Source: Octopus bimaculoides
Lineage: Eukaryota
Reading direction: 5' to 3'
DNA: 64,000 bases
NCBI RefSeq assembly: GCF_001194135.2
Contig: NC_068985.1
Location: 1,073,490 to 1,137,489, forward strand
Shown: piece after piece, positions 54,768 to 64,000 of the stretch
Layout of the letters: every line of letters starts with the position of its first letter
How positions within the stretch are numbered: the stretch's first letter is position 1
Translations under genes and position numbers: made by a program
Notes under the pieces: model-generated
Seen by the model: only the letters and a program-made list of their open reading frames with translations
What the model was told of the DNA's origin: nothing
Databases searched by the model: none

Positions 54768-55444
54768 CATGCACACACACACACTCTGATATGATATATT
54801 AGTCTGTTACTATTCACTATAAAAAATTATCATGAAGCTGTTATTAAAAAGCATGCGATTGTAAACATTATATGAAATACTTTGTGGTATCTAATCCCAT
54901 CTATCCAAATTTAGATTTCAAACTTTACTTAATCTCTGTTATTTAACTGGTGTTGGCAACTTGAAATGTTCCGGAATAAATTTTATCAATTCCTTCTCCT
55001 CCTGTGAGAAGTTAACAGTTTGCTGATAGCATGATATAAACTGAACACCTAGAAATTAGTTCAATAAAGCTAAATTTTCCTAAAATTAATCAATCATAAC
55101 ATCATTTCACAGTTTTTCTAAATGAAAGTTTGCCATTATTCATACTGAATTCTTAACTGGTAGATATAACGAGAGATGATCAAACAGAATCTTTTATTTT
55201 AATGTAATTCTTTCACAGTCACAATTTTCCAAAGATTGTGCTTCCTTTACTTTCTCAAAAGAAAATTGGTTGAAACAATTTTACCCTCTGGTCAGGATAT
55301 TTGCTTCCTTCCTATCGAAGGAGATCTTAATTTTCAGTCATCTCAGCCAACGCGGAATAAGTACTCTTCGGCCACACAAGGAAATGCATGCAGCTTATCT
55401 GAAGAAATAGCCTACAAAATGCGATATATTGGTTTCACATTTTG

Positions 55445-55574
55445 GCGCAAGGCTAGCAATTTTAGGGGCGGACTAAGTCAATTATGTCGACCCCTATGTT
55501 CAAATGGTACTTATTTTATCAACTCTGAAAGGATGTAAAGCTAAGTTGACATTGGCAGAGTTTGAACTCACAAT
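55445..55574 (-). mobile_element. SINE family C, partial
   Basis: Reverse complement of the family C body (GGTACTTATTTTATC...GAGTTTGAACTC). Confidence 0.65.
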
Positions 55575-55722
55575 GTAGTGGTAAGTAGCTTGATTACCAA
55601 CCACAAGGTTCTGGGTTCAGTCCCACTGCATGGCATCTTTGGCAAGTGGCTTCTACTGTAGCCTCGGGCTGACTAAAGCGTTTTGAGTGGATTTGGTCAA
55701 TGGAAACTGAAAGAAGCCCATC

Positions 55723-55758
<36 letters not shown>

Positions 55759-55843
55759 AGAATTCACAAAAGAAACAAAAGACAAAGACAGGTGGTGTAG
55801 ACAACAAACAGATGTATTAGTTTAACGCTCGGGAAGTGAAAAA

Positions 55844-55878
55844 GTCTAACGTTTCGAGCCTACGCTCTTCCACAGAAA
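55844..55878 (-). ncRNA. Degenerate PLE-type minimal hammerhead motif
   Basis: CTGTGGA-A-GAGC-gtag-GCTC-GAAA-CGTT; core position A6 is T. Confidence 0.5.
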
Positions 55879-56595
55879 GGAACACAGAAAGAAACAAGGA
55901 GAGAAAAAAAAGAATGTGTAGTGGCTAGCAATCTATCATGGCAAATGCCAGATAGAAGAGTCACACAGGAGAGCTAGGAAGAAGGGGAGATAATAAAGTA
56001 GTGGTGATCCCAAGACGAAGGTGTGCATGTGTGTGTATAAGACAATTCGTATGTGCGCGTGGAAGAGGGCTGGTGATCTTGACGTGTGCGTGTGTGTATG
56101 TGTAGGTGTGAAAATGTGGGGCTGGGAATTGGTCAGTGCTAGTGTGTGCGTGGTGGTGTGTTATGAAGTGATGTGTTGTGTGGTATGGTGTAGTGGTGTG
56201 TGGTGTGGTGTGATGGTGTAGGGAGGTGGGGAGGTGAGAGTGGGGAAAGCAAGGGTGGGGTATGGGTTAGGCTGAGAGTGGGGGTAGAGATGGGGTATGN
56301 NNNNNNNNNATTGGGTTGCATGGGATGGGAAGGATAGGGAAGATGGGGTTGGAATGTGTAGGGGTGGGGTTGGAATGAGTAGGGGTGGGGTGGGCTTACG
56401 AGGGAGGGGTGACGATGAAGTGGGAGGAGAAGGCGGGTAGGAGTGAAAAGAAGAGAGAAAAGAGAAAGAGAGTAGGAGTGAAGAGAAGTAGGAGTAGGAG
56501 CAAGAGAGGAGAGGTGGGTGGGTGGAAGTAGGTGTGAGGAGAGAGAGGCAAAGAGAGGAGGTTAGATGAAGAGGGGGAGAGGCAAAGGGAGGAGG

Positions 56596-56920
56596 TTAGA
56601 TGAAGAGGGGAGGAGAGTTAAGCTCATATGGTGCAAAGGAGCGAAGAGAGTAGATTAATCCCTGTTCACAGCGCAAACGCAAGTCCGGATGGTCCCTGTG
56701 CAAGGACAAATTGAACACGAACAGGTTTTGGAAAGAATGACTGGTAGAGCAGAAATGGCATGAGACCGGGGTGTCATTGCCGAGTTGGATGTCTCGGAGG
56801 TGTTCCGCGAACTGGTGAGCCAAGTGGTGTCCCATTTGCCCAATGTATAGAGAAGAGCAGAGGAAGCAGGAGATGCAGTAGATGATATTGGTAGAAGTAC
56901 AGTTGAAGGAGTCGGTGATG
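56596..56920 (-). pseudogene. PLE GIY-YIG endonuclease C-terminal domain
   Basis: FNCTSTNIIYCISCFLCSSLYIGQ...FAEHLRDI...PVSCHF...HS...EQGLIYSLRSFAPYELN carries the IIY-YIG motif and the PLE Cys/His residues. The usual R of RxxEH appears as Q. The track's upstream YI repeat is only the (TA)n. Confidence 0.85.
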
Positions 56921-56995
<75 letters not shown>

Positions 56996-58714
56996 GTGCA
57001 TGTGTAAGTTTGTGTGTCTGTGTTTGTCTCCCCACTATTGCTTGACAACTGATGCTGGTGTGTTTATGTCCCCTTAACTTAGTGGTTCAGCAAAAGAGAC
57101 CGATAGAATAAGTACTAGGCTTACAAAAATTAAATTCTGGGGTCGATTTGTTCAACTAAAGGCTGTGCTCCAGCATGGCTGCAATCAAAATGACTGAAAG
57201 AAATAAAAAAAGAATAGACGAAATACAACTAAGGACTTTGCCTGGCGTGCTAACTGTTCTGCCAGCTCACTGCGTTACAAGATGCCATATATTAAAAGAA
57301 AAAACGATGTTTTGAATAGCAGAACTAAAAATTAGGTGCGTTGATTCTGTGCTTTGGTTTGAATTCCATATTACAACTATTTTACTTTGCCTCACTTATG
57401 TTGCAGCTATTTGGGGAAAAGCATAAACACGTCAACTCTGGTTTCTTTCTCCAATAAATATTTAAATATTAAAGCAACTTTGAAATGATACAGAGAATAT
57501 GATACCAGCTCATTCTTATTTCAAGATATTATGACTATCATAAAAACTATATTTCAGAACAGATTGAAAATTCATTGATTTATTTTTCTTTAAATACTTA
57601 GGAAAATTATGTTTGTATTTATAATTATTAACTCTGTCATATCACTAGTGACAAGATGCTTGAATCTACTCATAGAATTACATTACTAATAATGATAATA
57701 ATTCATAACACCGGTCTCTCTTTTACTGAGAGATATCATTCTAAGGTTAAAGACATAAAATTTATTTTATTCCACAATATGTAAATGACATTGCATGTAA
57801 GAAGCTTCAACTATTTCAAATGGCCATATTCAATTTATATATTAAAACATCGAAATAAATAAAACTTTAAAAAGAAGGAAAGAAGTAAGAAAAAGAATGG
57901 AAAAGAAAAACATGACTTACTATTTGCTACATAATAACACTTTTTAGATGTTGAAGAGAATTCTTGGCAAATGAACAGTTTTCTTCAAGAAAGGAGGCTT
58001 TGCTTGTAAGCAACTTTTGTCCTGATAAAATTGTCTACTGGTGATTATAATTTCAGCTAAACACAAATATTTTCATATCTAACTGATGTTATTCAATTAT
58101 TCAATGAGTTTCTGACTATTAACTTAGTTTCATAGAAATTGGTCAACACATTTTACTTCATAATTTATTGTCCGAACAAAAATACTGTGACAACTCGATC
58201 AAATTTCTGGTTCACTGTTCAATATAGAGAGAAGAAATGGCCCAACCTACGATAAATCTCCATTACTATGGAGAGGAAACTTAATTTGTATCTACATACA
58301 TTAGTATGTAATTGTATTTAGTTAAGAATGACTAGCGTTTTTCTCTCCATTTCTGCCAGAAGAGGAAGAAGAACAAATTGTATTTGTGCTAGTTGAATAT
58401 AAAGAAGAAGAAAAAAAAAACTCACAACAATTGGAAAGGAATAAGAGGAATTGGAAAAGAAATTAGATGATGGTAAAAAGGAAAAGCAGGAATATGAAAG
58501 AGAAAAAAAAGTATTAGTTTCTGTATGATTAATAAAGAGGAAGATGATGATGATGACGATGATGAGAGGAAGGAACAGGAGGGGAATTTTTTTTATTTGC
58601 CACAAGGGTGATGTATGAGGAGGATGTTGCACGAACAGGTTGCAAAAACCTGTTTGTAGTTATGCACACACAAATGGAAAGAATAGGGTAGAGGAAATAA
58701 AAGTATACAATTTT

Positions 58715-58890
58715 GCTTTTAATCTACTCAGTATATGACCTTCACCTAGGAAGGTCCTCAGTATATGACCTTCACCTAATGACAACCAAGGAAACACACA
58801 GATCAAAGATGACCCTGGCTTTTAATCTACTCAGTATATGACCTTCACCTAACGACAACCAAGGAAACACACAGATCAAAGATGACCCTG
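58715..58890. repeat. Complex local tandem duplication (about 72 bp x2 plus an extra 22 bp copy)
   Basis: GCTTTTAATCTA occurs twice, CTCAGTATATGACCTTCACCTA three times and GACAACCAAGGAAACACACAGATCAAAGATGACCCTG twice. Confidence 0.9.
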
Positions 58891-58899
58891 ATAACCAAG

Positions 58900-60560
58900 G
58901 GTAAGAGCCCACTTCCATCTGTTACTTCTCGGGTTCATTCACTTGGGACGTATTTGCAGCTTTCATCTTTTGATAAAGTTACTGGAGGGTAACATCTCCA
59001 ACCACATTTTCCTCTGCAAAGGGAAACATGAAAAGTTGACAAGGGCCTGAACAACAAAAAAAGCATCATTTTTCAATCCTTTCAATCTTGTCCACGACAT
59101 AACTTCCTTCACCGTAGCCATTAAACATAGGAAAGCTGCTTTCCTTCTTGGACAAAGAAATGTGGTGGAGTGATATCCATAGCAGAGTCATCTGACAGCT
59201 GAATCTACATAACATCTGATAACAATTTGCTTGTAGAATAGTTCTCTTGCATCTCTTACAGCCCTAATTAATGACACCTTCATGGTTGTAGAGTTTGTCT
59301 GAACCCAGCAACGCCTCAAGTTTAATTATGAGCCAAGATTTGCAGGAAATTATCCATGGTTTCTGAACCAGAAGCTTTTCAAAATAAACTTGTCAGTTGA
59401 TTCTCTGAGTTTTGCTGAAAATGCTGTTACTCTTGTGCACTTCTAGTCCCTTATACAATGTTAATGGATAAATTCCACCAGGTGCATTGCTAGACTGGTG
59501 TAAAGCTATGAGTTCCTGGAAACATCCCAGACATCAGAAGGCTAGCCAAAGTCATCACTTGACCGAAAACTGCAGCTCCATCAATGAAGCAAGCCATGGG
59601 GAAGTGTGCCTCATGAGAAGACAACCACACTTGCTTACTCCATCGAGGTATCTCTGTAGGGGCCACAGCTTCAACACATGTCTACACATCATAAACCATT
59701 TCATGCCATCTCTCCTCACCCTTTCAGTTATAAATTCCATTCAGTCCATTTCTGGGTGACACTGACCACCCTGTTTGTCACCTCATCCCAATCTTACTCA
59801 TCTGGAGGTCTGAACTGAACAACTATACAAATAACTTAATGATGGTGCTTCCCCAGGTACCGAGATACCAGGTAACCACCATCTTTTTTAGGTTAAAATA
59901 TGATCATGACTGCCCTAAAATTCCTTTAGAATGGCACCATTCATCTTATTTACTGCAATATCTAATGCTATTATGGTGACAACATCTACATATGTCCAAC
60001 ATGACATTCCTGTATCACAGTTTCTGTCAGCAGCCTTGGTTTCTGTTTAATGGCTTGAGTTAATACACACCAAAGTGATGAGAAGGGACACTCTTTGCAG
60101 ACTGAATTTATGACTGAAAATGGTTGAAAGATGATTTACGTGCCAAACAAATTCTATTGCACACTGAAGTGATTGAGCCCTTGAAAATGGAGCAAGAGTC
60201 AGTTGCCTTCAAGTAATGATGATAAACCCTGTCAAAAACTTTTAATTGATCCAAATTAATTAGAGTCTCAAAGTCATCCTTTCTACAACACCCTGCATGA
60301 TAAAGAAGTTATCATGGATAAATCTACCGACGATCACTCAAGTGTACACTTTCTCAATCCCCCTTCCAATGACAAGCACCAACCCCTTTTTGCTGGAATC
60401 TCAGCCATAATCTCAAAATTTGCATTTGGTGGAGTTATTAACCAGAAATAATCAATTGTGTCCCCTTTGTGATACCACTTCTTAGCTCAAAAACTTGAGA
60501 TTCTCTTGCTCTGCTGCCATTGCAGTGGACATCTCGCAAATCATTGGTGAACAAGTTTGA
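58900..60560 (-). mobile_element. Tx1/L1-clade LINE RT relic
   Basis: The minus strand gives GRFIHDNF, LINLDQLKVFDRVYHHYL, SVCKECPFS and TYVDVVT. These resemble GR.I.DN, LDQ.KAFDRV.H.YL, SVRQGCPLS and AYADDVT. The left boundary is uncertain. Confidence 0.65.
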
Positions 60561-62030
60561 CATATATGAGTAATAGACATTGTGGAATAGAGCTCATCCT
60601 CAGTTTTTACTGCCCAACCCAACACATCTTATTAAGGGCAGGCAATGGACTGCACATCCTCCAGGGATCCCTTTAGTTATTCTTTTGTGACTATAATGTA
60701 ATTTCCTCTGGGTTACACAAAACAGCCATCATTTGTAAGTCTTTGAAAAGTTTAACAAAATTATTTTAACTGAAATTAACATAGATTTTTTAACTTCATC
60801 ATGTTTGAAAATTTTCCACCAAATCAGTTTGATTCTAATTTATATTTGATCTCTGTTTGCTGGATTGAAAGTTTCCCCTGAGATATTATGTACATTAATG
60901 ATCTCTTCATTGCCATTTCTAATAACATAACTCTTCACTCTTTCTTAACCACAAATGTCATTAATACAGAATCTAAACACCCCAAGCTGGTTCTTAACTG
61001 GTCATAAACCTTCAGAATGATCTTCAAATGAAACAGGACAATGTGAAAGATAACATCAAAAAGATACAATTATTACATCTCTCAAAGAGATAGTTTTGCA
61101 TTTTCTCTACTCGGGAACAACTTCAGAATTACTACAGTTTATGATTGACTCTCATAGCAATCTCATATATTTATATAATATTGCTAAAACTTCCCCAAAG
61201 AGACTAAACTCCCACTTTAAGTCTAGAAAATACTTCACCTTATATCAGTGGCAGATTCCACAAGGCACTGGAGCAGTTCCCATTAAAGTAGTGCTGCTTT
61301 CATATCAGTGATGAAGCTACTGCTACACCCCAAGATATCTTAGACTACATCCATGTGGAACCAAAGGTGGTCTCTCTGATAGGTTTGTATAAAAAGGCTT
61401 AACAGCTTCCCAGTATCGATATCAGGCTAGCCAGTGATCATTTGTTTTGATGTAAATAGTCATAAGATCACCCTGATCAAGCAGACCTGTTACTTACTGT
61501 CTTCCTATTTAGGATGCATGTTAAACGAAACTTAGTTGCTGTTTCTAGCAAGCTGAGAAACTATTTAGAGATTCCCTCATTGGAGATTTGTTCTTTTGTT
61601 GATTCTTATATCATCTTTGATCCAACAAACCTATAATCAAAGAAATTTCAACTGAGACAATTCCGTTGTTTATTTTAACAGGGATCGTGTACCTATGACT
61701 ACATTATCAAGTGTGTCTTCCCAATTTTTTAAGTTGAAAGGGTGTATGGTGACAAAAATTTAGCTGCTATTTCTATCTGATCTAGTTGCCACCTAGAATC
61801 TACCTCTGTTGTAGAAAACATTTCACAATCATTAGCATCACTTATTTCTGCTCAATAGTCTTTACTTCAGCCAACCATGAACTACCGACTGGCAGCTAGT
61901 GTTTATCACTACTAATCAATGTCAGCTACTACCAATTTTTTGTGGACAAATTCACAAGTCTTGTACTTCTTACCATTCACTATCGACATCCATCCCTATT
62001 GCCAAACTATCTCACCAACAGCTGTCTATG

Positions 62031-62264
62031 TTAACCCATTAAGTCCCACTGTCCTATGAATAGGACACTAAATGAGAACATTGAATAAGCTATATCACAT
62101 TGTCTCAATGTCCTATTTATAGGACACCCAGTATTTCCATTTTTCCTTGAAGTAAAGGAATTTCAATTATTATTTTTTTTTTCCTTTTAACCTATTTTCA
62201 ATCATCTGTAAAAATTTAAAGGTAATATTCAGAAATTTAAGTACTCTGGGACTTAATGGGTTAC
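62031..62264. mobile_element. piggyBac-type MITE, 226 bp between TSDs
   Basis: TTAA|CCCATTAAGTCCCA at the left end and TGGGACTTAATGGG|TTAC at the right end give 14 bp perfect TIRs, CCC/GGG termini and a TTAA target with one mismatch. Confidence 0.8.
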
Positions 62265-63189
62265 CTGTCAATGTAAACTCCCTTAACCATTTCTGTTTTC
62301 ATTTACTCTTCATTTTAATACGTTTACAGACTGTTTACTTAAAATTGCCCTCAGCCAAATCCACTCTTTCTATCTGTACAACTTCAGCATAATGTAGTTT
62401 CCATTACACTTTGTCTGTTTCACCCTTAGGTGGATGTTACAGTTACATTAGCTTAAATGTAATATAAGAATATCTGTTACATTTTGTTTAAAGTTTGTAA
62501 CAGTGATCAACAAAAAGGAAACATTTTAGTATGAATATAATTGAAATAACATGTCCTGCTAAAGATATTGTAACATTAACCAATTTTATTTCTAGAACTC
62601 TCATTGAATTTAGCATAGAAGAATATCTTAGTTGTGTTCATTGCCCAAATGTATTTGTTTCTAATTCTTCTTTAGAACTGGAATAACTTTGAGTCTGTTG
62701 TTTTTTTTTACCGATATTATCATCACACCTGGAAGGGTTCTGTGTTTTTTACAGCCTTTGTTCTTTTACCAGAACAGTTACTTGTATTCCTACTCTGTCG
62801 CTTCAAGAGTGTTGTCAACTTTTGACAATCAGATGTATTCCACTCGTAACGATCACATTGAATGCACTATCCTGTCTGCTATATATTATACACACAATAT
62901 AGTTTGGGTATAAACCTCATAATGTGCATTTAACAACACTTACATCATGGTTTGGCAGCCACATGTTATCCGACAGCAGGCTGCATTCCAGGGCTGGATA
63001 CACATATTCCGTAATCTTCTATAATGGCATATGAATATATACTCAGCAACTCAAAGCTGATGTGTGGTGCAGAATCAAGTGATCTACTATCAAAGACTGT
63101 TGTCCTCCATACTCATATTATATTATCCTTATATAAGTGTGTGTGTGTGTGTGTGAATGCAAATGAAGAAATGAAAAATGAATAAAAAC

Positions 63190-63300
63190 AGAAAATACAA
63201 AGATGTGCAGAAGAAATGTATTAGCTTGATGCTCAGTGGAAGGAGAGAGTTTGACATTTCAAGCGTAGCTCTTTGTCAGAAAGGCGAAAGGGAAAAGTCC
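63190..63300 (-). mobile_element. Solo PLE pLTR fragment with degenerate HHR
   Basis: Similar to 55760-55880 (ATGTATTAG...TTTC.AGC.TA..CTCTT..CAGAAAGG). The minus strand reads CTGACAA-A-GAGC-tac-GCTT-GAAA-TGTC. Confidence 0.6.
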
Positions 63301-63497
63301 AAAGAAGGAAAAGAAATTGCCAACCACTGATGAGGTCACAGAGGTGTGACAAAAGAACTCTGGCTGAAATACAATTGATATAAAATAAAGTTGAAACAAG
63401 TGAACACCAAATATACAGTGTGTGTGTTTTCATTGGCTAAACTGGCAACATGACCATCCCCAAATACAACAATATGTGTGTGTGTATCTATGTATAT

Positions 63498-63700
63498 ATC
63501 ATCATCATCATCATCATCATCATCATCGTTTAAAGTCCGTTTTCCATGCTGGCATGGGTTGGACGGTTTGATTGAGGTCTGTTGAGCCAGCAGCTGCACC
63601 AGGCTCCAATCTGATCTGGCAATGTTTCTACAGCTGGATGCCCTTCCTAACACCAACCACTCTGAGAGTATACTGGGTGCTTTTTGCATGCCCACCAGCA
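63498..63700 (-). mobile_element. SINE family B, truncated at the PLE junction
   Basis: CATCATCGTTTAAAGTCCGTTTTCCATGCTGGCATGGG...; similarity ends at about 63700. Confidence 0.85.
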
Positions 63701-64000
63701 ATCATAAAAACACCTAATAACCAAATCACAACCGACATCTACCACAAACCTACAGACTCACAACAATACCTCCTTTTTAGCTCATGCCACCCAAAACACA
63801 CCAAGATAAATATCCCCTTTAATTTAGCTAAAAGAATTTGCACCATTGTCTCTGACCCTACCACTCGAGAAATACGCTTACAAGATCTCAAAAAAACACT
63901 GTTACAACGCCAATATCCCTCCACACTCATAGATCTTGGAATAAAACGTGCCAAGGAACTTGACAAAAACACACTAAAAACCAACCAACATAATAACACA
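63701..64000 (+). mobile_element. Penelope-like element RT thumb/linker reading frame, uninterrupted for 100 codons, runs off the right edge
   Basis: Manual translation: IIKTPNNQITTDIYHKPTDSQQYLLFSSCHPKHTKINIPFNLAKRICTIVSDPTTREIRLQDLKKTLLQRQYPSTLIDLGIKRAKELDKNTLKTNQHNNT. It contains the PLE motif TDIY.KPTD..QYL.F.SCHP.H.K.NIP. It is missing from the ORF track because it lacks a start codon. Confidence 0.9.

Larger units (their letters stand above)
55756..56924 (-). mobile_element. 5'-truncated Penelope-like element (GIY-YIG end, CT-rich spacer, pLTR with HHR-like motif), flanked by (TA)n
   Basis: GIY-YIG ORF at 56596-56920, HHR-like motif at 55844-55875 and (TA)n on both sides. Confidence 0.85.
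55575..57215 (+). mobile_element. SINE family A split by a Penelope-like insertion in its internal (TA)n
   Basis: 5' half at 55575-55725 and 3' half at about 56995-57215 join into a complete family A copy. Confidence 0.85.

Overview
AT-rich, microsatellite-dense eukaryotic DNA with six assembly gaps. From my recollection of its SINE families it is most likely an octopod cephalopod (Octopus-like); this is an inference, not a database match. I could not confidently identify any host protein-coding gene, so the window reads as intergenic or deep intronic. Most recognisable sequence is transposon-derived. Non-LTR retrotransposon remnants include RTE, Hero-like, R4/Dong-like and Tx1/L1-like pieces, plus Penelope-like element (PLE) fragments: a GIY-YIG domain and an uninterrupted RT-thumb reading frame at the right edge. 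DNA transposons include a full-length but decayed Tc1/mariner element with both TIRs, two Buster-type hAT relics and several MITEs. There are many copies of about four tRNA-like SINE families (labelled A-D here, my own labels) and two long minisatellites (30/60 bp and 25 bp units). Most interesting is a set of hammerhead ribozyme (HHR) motifs. One is a canonical minimal type I HHR at 23003-23051. Another is a ~224 bp fold-back element at 39598-39821 whose two arms each carry an HHR fold with a long stem II, intact in the right arm. Three more are degenerate PLE-type HHRs. A second theme is that microsatellites inside one SINE family act as landing pads for other retroelements. Element boundaries are approximate unless TIRs or TSDs are cited.
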